DNA of 34,075 nucleotides from Octopus bimaculoides (Eukaryota). Made by a program: the position numbers and the translations under genes. A model generated the notes under the pieces. It searched no databases, was not told the origin of the DNA, and was given only the letters and a program-made list of their open reading frames with translations. The stretch lies in NCBI RefSeq assembly GCF_001194135.2, contig NC_068987.1:68163024-68197098 (forward strand), written 5' to 3'. Shown here one piece after another: positions 1-11,707 of the stretch; positions within the stretch are counted from its first letter, which is position 1; the number at the start of each line of letters is the position of its first letter.

Positions 1-30
1 TCAAACTCCATTTTTCATCAAGTGCAACAC

Positions 31-70
31 GGTGGTGCATCAGCATGGCCGCAGCTCTAAGCTGAAACTT

Positions 71-74
<4 letters not shown>
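31..74 (+). mobile_element. 3' end of octopus-type tRNA-derived SINE (family A)
   Basis: GGTGGTGCATCAGCATGGCCGCAGCTCTAAGCTGAAAC resembles the 3' ends of the copies at 11187-11553 and 25105-25491 and my recalled consensus (GGTGCTCCAGCATGGCCGCAGTC...GACTGAAAC); followed by (AT)n. Confidence 0.5.
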
Positions 75-109
<35 letters not shown>

Positions 110-331
110 GCACATGTACATACACGCCCACACGCGCACATTCAAGTATATGGGCGTATACATACAACTAGATACACGCACATACGCACAAGCATGGGCG
201 AATATATACATATATATCCATAGGAACTCATATACGCAGGTACACACGTGTATATATACATCAATATATGTACATAGCATAGATAAATATGTGCATTGAT
301 TCGTACGTAAAAGATACAGACGTCTGTGCAA

Positions 332-387
<56 letters not shown>

Positions 388-466
388 ATAAATGAAATCG
401 CGTATACACATAAGTAAATATATATACGTATACATATATATACATATAAATACATATATATACATA
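74..466. repeat. Compound (AT)n / (CA)n / AT-rich low-complexity tract
   Basis: (AT)n about 74-108, (CA)n about 337-384, degenerate TATACA repeats between. Confidence 0.9.
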
Positions 467-1620
467 TAGTGGTTGGATAAAATAATGGAAACAACTTAAA
501 ATTTCAAACAAATTTATTTTAATATGGGGCCCGAATTCTACGAGGTATGGAATCGTACAAAGTTTGATTTGCTTCCAAAGGAATATTTGTCCTTTCTTCA
601 GCTAAAACAATCTCCAGTTCTTGTAGTGATAATGTTGGAGGATATCGACTCTTTACATATTTTTCTAAAATGCACCATAAATTCTCAATAATATTGATAT
701 CTAGTGGCCAGATAAGCTATTCAACTTCACTAGAATGTTCCTCGTGCCATTCAGTAACAACTTTAGCTGTGTGAATTGGTGCATTATCATTCTGAAAGAT
801 TGCATTTCCCTCCGGAAACAGTTCTACAACCATAGGATGAATTTGAGCAGATAAATGCTTAAATAGACTTGACTATTAATTCTGCCATGAAGGGAAACCA
901 TTGGGCCGGCGGATTTCCAAGATATAGTCCCCTAGATCATCACAGATCCTCATCCATGTTTAATAGCTGGATGAAGACAGCAAGGCTTAAATGCTTCTTT
1001 TCGCTGTCTCCACACGTATACTCGGCGGGCGGTCATAAATAAGGGAACCGATAACTCGTCCGAGAAAATAACATTTTTCCACTGCTCTCGGGGCCAATTC
1101 TGTAGGTTTTTACTCCACACCAAACGCTTTGCAGCATTTGTTCTTGAAATCAGTGGTTTTCTGATTGCAGCCCTCCCGTGAAATCCGGCTTTGTGCAGCT
1201 CCCGGCGAACAGTTTTCGTGGAAACTGGGTTCTCGAGGTGGTCATTAAGCTCGGCAGTAATTTTGGGAGTTGTATTTTGTGATCTTTTCTAACAATTCGC
1301 GGAAGAGTTCGACGGTCCCTATCTGAAAGATTTGGTTTTCTTCCGGAGTTTTGTTCCGACGAGGAGGTTTTTCCTTCTAAAAGGCTGTCATTACTTCCAA
1401 GACAATACTTCTTGATACACCAAACATTTTGGATGTGTTCGTTATGCTAGCACCTGCCATTCGAGCACCAACAAGTTAACCTCTTTCTAACGAATTTTAA
1501 TTACCATTTTTCTTATGATATCTGGAAAGAAACAGCAATTTTGGGAAAACATATTAAGCACCACTAATAATAAAGAACAAAACATAAAAATAAATCAGCT
1601 TTGGACAGTTTTATAGATAT
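467..1620 (-). mobile_element. Degenerate Tc1-type DNA transposon (probable DD36E/Incomer-like)
   Basis: TA followed by TAGTGGTTGGATAAAATAATGGAAACA at 467, a Tc1-like CAGTG terminus with C>T. Transposase remnant inside. The second TIR is not visible before the gap at 1640. Confidence 0.85.
519..1507 (-). pseudogene. Tc1-family transposase pseudogene (HTH + DDE)
   Basis: Manual translation: LVGARMAGASITNTSKMFGVSRS..SGRKPNLSDRDRR..VSTKTVRRELHKAGFHGRAAIRKPLIS..WKNVIFSDE..FQNDNAPIHTAKVVTEWHEEHSSEVE*LIWPLDINIIENLW..LYDSIPRRIRAPY*; contains stops, frameshifts and deletions. Confidence 0.9.
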
Positions 1621-1773
1621 TTCAAAATTATGATGCTAGNNNNNNNNNNNNNNNNNNNNNNNNNNNNNNNNNNNNNNNNNNNNNNNNNNNNNNNNNNNNN
1701 NNNNNNNNNNNNNNNNNNNNNNNNNNNNNNNNNNNNNNNNNNNNNNNNNNNNNNNNNNNNNNNNNNNNNNNNN

Positions 1774-1832
<59 letters not shown>

Positions 1833-3227
1833 CATATGCATATACATACATATATACATATATGCATGTATGCAAATACACACATAAACACACGCCCGCA
1901 TAACTTATACACATATTCACGCTAATATATGCATGCACCTACAAAATCGCAAATCCGCACAGATGAATATGTATACATATACGTATATACATTTACATAT
2001 ATAAATCTAGATTGCAAGATCATATGTCAGTTACAATTTATTCAGCAACAGTTCCTCAAGTTCATGTGTATTAAGAATTGTGGGTGTCATGTATACATCA
2101 AGTTATGTATGGTCGGGATTGTAATATGTGAATGTGTGTTTAATTGGTTGTAGACATTTGGGTAATTGTTCAATGAATTTATTGATAATGATAAAATCGG
2201 CCATTGATGTTACATATTTGTTTAAGGATATATNNNNNNNNNNNNNNNNNNNNNNNNNNNNNNNNNNNNNNNNNNNNNNNNNNNNNNNNNNNNNNNNNNN
2301 NNNNNNNNNNNNNNNNNNNNNNNNNNNNNNNNNNNNNNNNNNNNNNNNNNNNNNNNNNNNNNNNNNNNNNNNNNNNNNNNNNNNNNNNNNNNNNNNNNNN
2401 NNNNNNNNNNNNNNNNNNNNNNNNNNNNNNNNNNNNNNNNNNNNNNNNNNNNNNNNNNNNNNNNNNNNNNNNNNNNNNNNNNNNNNNNNNNNNNNNNNNN
2501 NNNNNNNNNNNNNNNNNNNNNNNNNNNNNNNNNNNNNNNNNNNNNNNNNNNNNNNNNNNNNNNNNNNNNNNNNNNNNNNNNNNNNNNNNNNNNNNNNNNN
2601 NNNNNNNNNNNNNNNNNNNNNNNNNNNNNNNNNNNNNNNNNNNNNNNNNNNNNNNNNNNNNNNNNNNNNNNNNNNNNNNNNNNNNNNNNNNNNNNNNNNN
2701 NNNNNNNNNNNNNNNNNNNNNNNNNNNNNNNNNNNNNNNNNNNNNNNNNNNNNNNNNNNNNNNNNNNNNNNNNNNNNNNNNNNNNNNNNNNNNNNNNNNN
2801 NNNNNNNNNNNNNNNNNNNNNNNNNNNNNNNNNNNNNNNNNNNNNNNNNNNNNNATATATATATATATATATACATACATACACACACAGAGCTATACAT
2901 CAACATATACGAAAACTATTTGATCTCTTTTGAATACTTCTGTGCTTGTTAATGTTACTTAATGTTTCTGAAGAGAATAAAGATGTGGTCCACTTTAAGC
3001 ACAAACTTAAATTTCCTAAATAACTCTGACGGTCTGGGATTTATAATATACCACGAAAAAATATTTTGACACAATTTATATAATCTTTATAAATATAACC
3101 TATATTAAATTATATAGGTTATATTACGAAGAAAATATATGACAACATTACAACGGTACTCATTTGGGTTACGTGAGTGACAATTTAACAATTATGAATA
3201 TAATTTTATCATAGCGAATAGTGACTT

Positions 3228-3330
3228 GGCAGAATTCGCAACGGATGGGACAAAATTCATTAATTACTCGAATTTTTCTCTCCGAGTTTAACCCCGATTC
3301 CTTTCATTTTCCTGAGGCTGAACATATAGG
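3228..3330 (+). mobile_element. Highly diverged SINE (family B) remnant
   Basis: GGCAGAATTCG...ACAAAA...CCTTTCATTTTCCTGAGG weakly resembles the copies at 5441, 5730 and 29480. Confidence 0.3.
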
Positions 3331-5440
3331 AAACTGTAACGAATAGCCTTCTCACTTCTCCACAAATGTGCGTCAATGGTGATGTTTCAGAAATCTGTAG
3401 CATGTTCTAAATGATATCGCACGTGACCGAGGTTACTGTGAGCTTTCCAAATGTATTTGATATTTTCCCTTTCAGTTTCGTGTTCAACATATATTAGGGA
3501 CAGACTTCACCATTATCTCTCTAACATCAATGCAATGCATAACTCTAGTGCGTGTACAGTTTCAACCAATTAACTATACACTTTCTCTTTATAATTCTAG
3601 TTTTGTATCTAGAGGGGAAAAATCATTAATTTGGAATTTTTTAATGTCTAAGTTCAATGGCTGCTGAGAGCGAATTTGCCTTTCAGTGCACAGTGAAATA
3701 TATAAGTACTATTAATATACTGGATTTGAGTCAATTAACTACATCCTTTTCTCACAAAAAATTAACCTTGTGCACATTTATCAAATCAAAATATCGCTAT
3801 AAGGAACAAAATGTCCCAATAGAAAACAGGTCATTTAATGTCAAATAGAGAAGACCGCGGGTTAATTTATAGGAAAGATTATACATCATAATGAAGATCG
3901 TATCATTAATGATATTAAAACAAGTTCGACCGAATAATAAAATTAATAATTATCATTCACAAGGAACAGAGAGAAAATGGAAGTGAGATAGGTGGGAAGA
4001 GAGAGAGAAAGAAGAAAAGAGAGAAAGAAGAAAAGAGAGAAAGAAAGAGGGAGTATACTAAAATGGTCTTGTTCTTTTCAAATTATTGTGAAGCAAAATA
4101 TACAAAATACCAAAGTTTAAGAATAGTAGGAAATGCAACCACAGACCATAGATACTCGCATAAAATTGAATAAAATATTAGATAACAAAATCGAAAGCAA
4201 ATTCAAAAGAATTTTCCTGTTCTACATATCTTTATTCTGACTGTCTGATCAGAGTGTTCTTTTCTTAATGTTTTAAATGTTATCATTAAAATTATTTCTG
4301 CTGCTGGTTTTGCAGCAACGACACTGCTACTGTTCTATGTGGAAAAATTCTGCAGGAATAGTTGTGCATTTGACAGTTGTCTCGTGGCGAGATTTTGAAA
4401 TTCATTGTTAAAAATCTTCTCGCCGTATCAGCAGAAAGTGTCTTAAAACGTTAATTGTATTCAATTTTCCTGCTTTTAATTTTTAAATAAATAAACAAAT
4501 ACCGCGAACGACGAATACTTCAGTTAAACGTGTTAATAGTTATGAGTAATTTTATACAAATTATCTGTTCCAAGAAACGTAGAACAATAACGTCCCATCG
4601 TATCGAGCTGACGAAGCATTTTCAATTTTCGGTTGAGTAGCTACAAGGGTTTTCTTGTCCAGAAATAATTATCAAGCCTAATGATTCCTCTCCTTCCTGA
4701 GCATTTATTTTTTCTCTATACTTAGAATGCATGGTGTCCTTCGATAATTTATTCCAGTGATTCTAATGTTGTTTTGCCATTTAATTTTCATTAAATCAAA
4801 ATATTTCTCTCTCAGTCATCTAGGATCAGACTAGTTCTGGTAGAGTTACACTTCGATAGTGAGGCCTAATTGGGCTGAAGTATGCTTTTAATATATTTGC
4901 CAAGATTATATTCTTTAACCACAACTTATACACCTATTTTTAATTTATTTTGGGTTTTAAAATATTTTACTTGATTTACCTAACATGAAACGACCATTAA
5001 AAATAATAGTTTTTGCAGCACTAAGGTCTAATTAGTTAGGTATCTATATTGTTTGCTATACTAAGGACATTACCCTACACTTAAATATAGGAGTTAATTT
5101 AGTAACAATATCAGTTAAAATATGAACCCACACTTAAACGCATGGAGAAGTATTTCTTTCCTTTCCCTAAAGTGTATCTCCATGCTATGTTTAATCTTTA
5201 TCTTTAATAGCAAGTCCGAGTTGAAGAGAAACATTGCACAGATACTGATGATCATACACAGCAAATAATTATGCTTGAATTTTTCTCCACGGTAACTGCA
5301 ATGAATTTGCCTTTTAGCAGTTGAAATATGGCACAGACATATTTTAACTTACCTAAACTTTACTATATATTGTATTTCCGTTTTTATTCATTTATATTAT
5401 TTAAGGAAAGTATATAATATATTTCTAAATGTAAATCGGT

Positions 5441-5546
5441 CAGCGAACAGAATCGTTGGGACTCCGGGCAAAATGCTTTGCTTCATTTCGTCCGTCTTTA
5501 TTTTCTGAATTCAATTTCCTCCTCAGAGTCAATAAAATAATTATCA
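5441..5546 (+). mobile_element. tRNA-derived SINE (family B), partial
   Basis: ACAGAATCGTT..CCGGGCAAAATGCTT..CATTTCGTCCGTCTTTA..TTCTGAATTCAA..AATAAAATAA; aligns by eye with the reverse complements of 5785-5913 and 29560-29686; B-box-like segment. Confidence 0.7.
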
Positions 5547-5729
5547 TCTAGACATTAGCGTTGATGTAATCAAATTATTAGCCTCCTTCGAAACTGTTGG
5601 CCTTATGCCGAAATTTGAAACCAATACATCTAGGAATTTCTTTTTTATTTAAAAATAAAAACTCTGTTGTATCTGAAAACTACTACCAATTACATGCGAG
5701 TCACAATATAAAAATGTTGATCTCAGATG

Positions 5730-5913
5730 TTGGCACAAGGCCATCAATTTCGGGGAAAGGAACATCCTCACCAGTGTTCCACCGGTATTTGTTTTATGGG
5801 ACCCGAAATAATGAAGACAAATTTTACCGCTGCGGATTTTGAACTCAGAACGTAAAGTAGTACGAAATGACATCAGACGTTTTGACCGGCGTGGGAACGC
5901 TTCTGTCAGCTCG
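5730..5913 (-). mobile_element. tRNA-derived SINE (family B)
   Basis: Reverse complement reads GAGCTGACAGAAGCGTT..CGCCGGTCAAAA..CATTTCGTAC..TTTACGTTCTGAGTTCAAAATCCGC; shares GGCACAAGG with the 29480 copy. Confidence 0.75.
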
Positions 5914-5974
5914 ATTTATCGTAAAATATTTGTCTGAAAATGTTCAGTCTTCGCTTTCTTTTTCTTTACACATA

Positions 5975-6034
5975 CACACACAAACATACATACATACATA
6001 CATACACACACACACACGCACACACGCACACACG

Positions 6035-6086
<52 letters not shown>
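5975..6086. repeat. (CATA)n-(CA)n-(TA)n compound microsatellite abutting a gap
   Basis: Directly visible. Confidence 0.9.
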
Positions 6087-6539
6087 NNNNNNNNNNNNNN
6101 NNNNNNNNNNNNNNNNNNNNNNNNNNNNNNNNNNNNNNNNNNNNNNNNNNNNNNNNNNNNNNNNNNNNNNNNNNNNNNNNNNNNNNNNNNNNNNNNNNNN
6201 NNNNNNNNNNNNTATGTGTATGGTATAAGGTAAATCTACATTAATTCACATATTTGTTTTCTTGTGATTTACCTTGCATTTACCTCACATTGTTTTGGCC
6301 TTACGATCTTTTATACAATATAGTGTATATTAAATCCATCCTGTTATATTTAATTAGTTTATCTGCATAATTGCCTTCATATCTGCTCACCTGGATTCCA
6401 GTTAAAGCTACTCGTTACCCCCAAAGAATTGATCCCACGTAATGACATTGGAGTCCATGTTTGTATCGTTTCAGCGCTATTGTGTTTCCTATACCGAGAA
6501 TCACTGTATCTCATCTAGTCCCTATATATATGTAGATAC

Positions 6540-6576
<37 letters not shown>

Positions 6577-6953
6577 TATATATATATACACTCACAAACA
6601 CATACACACGCGCGCGAGTTGCTTGTTTCAATTATTGCACTGAAGTCCAATTTGACACTTTGTCATGAAGTACCGTGCTATATGGTTTCCTGTCCTTACC
6701 ATGTTCTGAGTACAATCCAGCTGGCTCAGATCTTCTGGTCCCTGGAAATCTCACACTTGAGCTTCATGTTATTGAGTTCATATTCTAAGCAAATTGATTT
6801 TTAACTTTCTTTTCAATGCTGAAGCGCAATATACCAGTGATAATTTAATGGTGTACGATAAAACTTCGCTCTTAAAAAAAAATTCTTTTAAGTTTCTAAC
6901 ATAATCAAAAGATAGAAAGTATACACACATGCGTACACATATACGTGTGTGCA

Positions 6954-7056
<103 letters not shown>

Positions 7057-7400
7057 TGCAAGTAATATATAGATAAACCTGTATAGTTGCTCTACTAGTG
7101 CATGACAGTAAACATTGAATTGTGTAAAGTGTTAAGAAGTTCAAGCGCAGATTTGTAATTTTATTGATGAGTTAATGACGTGACCTGAAAGTCTGATGAA
7201 AGAAAAGAAACTGCTATTAAAAATGAATTAGAATATAATTATCAATGATAATAAAAACTAGTCATTATCATGTATCTTACAAATAAGTTATGTTCATACC
7301 ATGTGTTGTTGATGAAAATACAATATACATCGAGGCCTACTTCGTAAAATTTCCTAACTCTTGGGCATTATATTTGTCGTTACAATGTTGAATTATTATG

Positions 7401-7406
7401 TATATC

Positions 7407-7466
<60 letters not shown>

Positions 7467-7549
7467 AGTCTGTCTGTCTCTTTTTCTCTCTCTTCCTCTC
7501 TTTCTTCCTCACTTTCTTTTTTTCGCTTCTCTCTCTCTCTCTCTCTCTC

Positions 7550-7636
<87 letters not shown>
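7401..7636. repeat. (TCTA)n-(CT)n-(TA)n compound microsatellite
   Basis: Directly visible. Confidence 0.9.
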
Positions 7637-7637
<1 letters not shown>

Positions 7638-7914
7638 TACACATAAATATGTATGTGTAAGACTCACCATAATACGTATATATTATATATGTAGTCCCCT
7701 GTTCTATATTCGTTATATATGACTATAGTCTATTCTATGTGTATGTCCATTGGTTATTTCTCTATATTTATCTACGTTAAATGATTTGTCTTCTGTTTGT
7801 TACGCCTTTGATTTATTCTTCTTTTTCTATTTTTCGCATTATTTATAATTTGGGTACGATATTCAGGCGTCTCTTTTACATGTTTTTTTCTTTCTCTCCC
7901 TTTCTATTTTCTCA

Positions 7915-8073
7915 GTCTCTCTTTCTCTCCCTCTCTCTCTCTCCCTCTCTCTCTCTCCCTCTCTCTCTTAGTCTGTAATTCTGTGTGTCTGTCTGTCGGT
8001 CTGTCTGTCTGTCTGTCTGACTGTCTTTCTGTCTGTCTGTCCGTGTGTGTATCTATCTATCTATCTATCTATA

Positions 8074-8114
<41 letters not shown>

Positions 8115-8171
8115 GTCTGTCTGTCTGTATGTCTGTCTTTCTGTCTGTCTGTCTGTCTGTGTGTGTCTCTG

Positions 8172-8240
<69 letters not shown>
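7915..8240. repeat. (CT)n-(CTGT)n-(CTAT)n compound microsatellite
   Basis: Alternating CTGT and CTAT blocks up to the gap at 8241. Confidence 0.9.
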
Positions 8241-10158
8241 NNNNNNNNNNNNNNNNNNNNNNNNNNNNNNNNNNNNNNNNNNNNNNNNNNNNNNNNNNNN
8301 NNNNNNNNNNNNNNNNNNNNNNNNNNNNNNNNNNNNNNNNNNNNNNNNNNNNNNNNNNNNNNNNNNNNNNNNNNNNNNNNNNNNNNNNNNNNNNNNNNNN
8401 NNNNNNNNNNNNNNNNNNNNNNNNNNNNNNNNNNATATATATGTACATATATATAGACAGAGAGAGAGGAAGACAGATAGGTAAATGAATATATATGTAT
8501 ATACGTATATATGTATATGCGTATATATATGTATACACGTATATATATATAATGTGGACGTGTAAATGTGAAACGGAATTATATTTGTTTTGTTTTTGTG
8601 AGTTTACACATCTGCAGATATATGTGTGTATATATTTTTATCTAATTCCTTAGATTTATATGCTTTACTCTATATGTGTACATCATTTTTGCATAACAAG
8701 CTAAGCAACTGACTATATATTTGTCTGCTAATGAAATCTTTACATTGAATTATTTGAAAAAAAAAAAAAAAAAGTAAAAACAAAAAAAACATAATTTTGG
8801 TATTCAAAATATATTTTAAAAATATAAGCAATGTACGAAAGGAATCAATTTACGAATAAATCTTTATTACTTTCTCGCATTTTGTTGTTGCTGCTGTTAT
8901 TATAATTATTGTTGTTTCTTATTCTGATCACGTATCATATTATTTAGGCGCGACATTGCAACGTCTGCTAGTTTGAGTTGTCAGGTCTAGAAAAGCTACA
9001 AATATGGCGATAAACATTACGTTAGATTGTCTTTCTTCGTCTCGAATTCCCATTTTGGTTGAATGGCCACAATACTGTATTTATTTGGTGTTGCTTCTGC
9101 TGTTGTTGTTCTAAATACTTGTATTTGAAACTTTTATTTTTATAATTATACATAATTTTATCTTTGAAAATAACCACAATTCCATCATCAACATCATCTA
9201 CTACAGAAACACATGACTATATCCACCACTACATTAAAACAGATGGAGACACGAGACAATGATGGAGTCTTCAAACTGTGATTGGACCTGCATGAAATAG
9301 CAATGAAATCTCTTTTAAATCTTACGTTGTCTTTAAAAAATTAGATATTTATCTAAGTAGTAGATATTAGATACTGTAGTAAAGTGTAAGCTAACCTATT
9401 TCAAACTGTAATTAATTAAAATTAAAATCGTAGTGACTAGAAAAAAAGAGAATATCTAATTAATAATCCTGTTCAAAATAGACAGAGATGACAACTTTAA
9501 GTAAGAAGTATTTTATAATTTGGTAAATATAAATTTAATTTGGAAATGAAATATATTATAATGAGAATGTAATTAGTAATATGATCTAAGACAAAACTCG
9601 AACCGCGAATATATGATAGTACGTCAAGTAGGTCAGGGCTACCTGAGGCTTAGGAACAAAGACAACAATTATATAATGTGAAGAGTCCGTCTCTATGCTC
9701 TCAGACGAAGTTACGAAGTGGATCGAGTAAAACCTGAAAAACCTGTTTTGGATAATTTGATCCATGATCAACCTATCTTTCGAATAAGATTGGAGAGTTC
9801 TGACTCCGAAGGCAGTGTTTCCAAAGCTGTGGTTTGGGGATCCAGTTTGGGGTAACATCTGAGTTGTCACAGAAGAAAGAAGAATTTGCGCAACTTTACT
9901 AGTAGCAGTTACTGCCTTCCTCAAAGATGAAACTCGGCCTCCAAATCCGTTATAACTGCGTTTATGTTTCGAAATTATTTTTTCTGTAAGCATGCCGGGG
10001 TTCTTCAACACAACACACTTCCTAACACAACAGAAAACTATTTCCGGAGATACTTTTACAATTTTGTGTGTGTGTTATTTATATATTATATATTCATATA
10101 AATATATCATATTATAATATATGTATGTATAATATTTAAGATATGCATATATGTTATA

Positions 10159-10201
<43 letters not shown>

Positions 10202-10239
10202 AAATTTAAACAAAGAAATATGAATAATAGGGGAAAAGT

Positions 10240-11060
10240 AGGTGTAGTCAGTCATTGGCACACATTAGGACTTTCCACTCATTTCTCGCTTTAGCCGCTA
10301 GAAGTATTTCTCTCTTTAGCCGCAATAAGTCGTTCTTCGCCGTTTCCTTTCCCGCTTTTCACCTTGTAAGGTGTTAAGTAGCAGGCATTGTTGAAAGTCA
10401 TCATTGGGTGGTGTTATATTTGGTGACCAATCCATCTCAGCTGGCTTTCATTTATCCTTGTGATCATTTGCTTTACGTTAGCCATTTGGTACAATGCATC
10501 AGGTCACATGTGTGAAAAGTGTTCACCATGGATCCTTTACCGATTCGTATTTGTACCCATGTCTGGTGTCCATATGTAAAAATCAGAAGACATAGAGTTT
10601 TGTATGTCTTTATCTTCGTTGTTGGGCTAATGTCAGACGACATTGCTCTACATGCCGCTCTCCTGTCGATGATGTCAATGTCTGAGTTGTGAGAAAGATC
10701 AGCTACAATTGATCCAAGGTGAGTGAATTTATCAACCCTACATAGCTGCTTTCTATTTTCCTGAGACACCTGTTGTTTCGTTTATATTTATATTAATGGC
10801 GATGTACTTTGTCGTAGATTCGATTATTTCTAGCCCAGTCTTTGTTTCTTGCATGACACGATGCAATTATCCCTGTGATTCAATGAAGCTAGGAACAAAG
10901 ATAGGTCAACTTATGTGACTCATATGTGAATTTCATCCTCTGCATGAGGTGCAATTTTCATCACATGATCCATGACTACCAAAAATAGATAAGGTGCTAA
11001 GGTATTACCTTGTAGAATTCCACACTGAGGTATGAAGCCAAGGGACTGTTTTCCATTAAA
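10240..11060 (-). mobile_element. RTE-clade LINE, degenerate 3' ORF2 fragment (reverse transcriptase)
   Basis: Minus-strand GILQGNTLAPYLFLVVMDHVM (RT motif), VDKFTHLGS..TKIKTYKTLCLLIFTYGHQTW, RINESQLRWIGH, ..AAKARNEWK; stops and frameshifts. Confidence 0.8.
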
Positions 11061-11186
11061 AAGGGCATATGCTTTTTGACGTCTAACTGCCGATGCTATC
11101 TTCGATGGTATACCTGTCGTTCAAGAAACCGAAACAGCGGTACAGAGAGAGAAAGAGAGGAGAGACAAGGGGTAAGAAATGATGAT

Positions 11187-11553
11187 AAGTGGTAAAAAGT
11201 TCGCTTTCCAGACACATGGTTCCGGATTAAATCCCACTGCGTGGCACCATGTTTAGGTAGATTCTGGAATAACCTCAGGCCGACCAAAGCATTGTGAGTT
11301 GATTTCGAGGACAGAGACTGAAAGAAGCCGTTGTGTAAATATGTATATACACATGCAAATGTCTGTATATGTCTTCGTGCCCATATTTGTTCCCCTCCAA
11401 ATGGTGTTGGTGTGTTCACGGTTCCTGCAACTTCACAGAGACCGACAGAATAAGTGCAAGACTTAAAAAGCACTAAGTACCGGTGTCAGTTCGTTCGATT
11501 AAAGTTCTTCAAAGCAGTGCCCAAGAAAGGTCGCAGTTAAATGACTGAGACAA
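11187..11553 (+). mobile_element. Octopus-type tRNA-derived SINE (family A), near full length
   Basis: tRNA-like head GGTAAAAAGTTCGC..CACATGGTTCCGGATTAAATCCC, body GGCCGACCAAAGCATTGTGAGT..CTGAAAGAAGCC, internal TA/TG-rich tract, 3' GACCGACAGAATAAGT..AATGACTGAGACAA; collinear with 25105-25491. Confidence 0.8.
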
Positions 11554-11707
11554 ATGTATATAAATGTATATATAAAATGTAATTTAGATTCAGTTGAATT
11601 AGGTACTTAAATTGAGGCACATTGTTAGGACGAACTCATTTGCACACTGAAACAATATAAGCTGAGTATGAAACTCTACAGAATCTTTTCCATTCTTTTG
11701 TACCATT

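Noticed and set aside
114-465. IYIY/THTH/CVCV/LSLS-type ORFs throughout the window
   Set aside because: Translations of di- and tetranucleotide microsatellites.
1611-2952. Long X-containing ORFs (also 5867-6244, 7983-8538, 13572-13980, 20000-20230, 22054-22320, 25996-27034)
   Set aside because: Artefacts of N-gaps and flanking (AT)n repeats.
4387-4425. Imperfect hairpin GGCGAGA...TCTCGCC as a possible Helitron 3' end
   Set aside because: Loop too long, stem imperfect, and no CTRR terminus at the expected distance.
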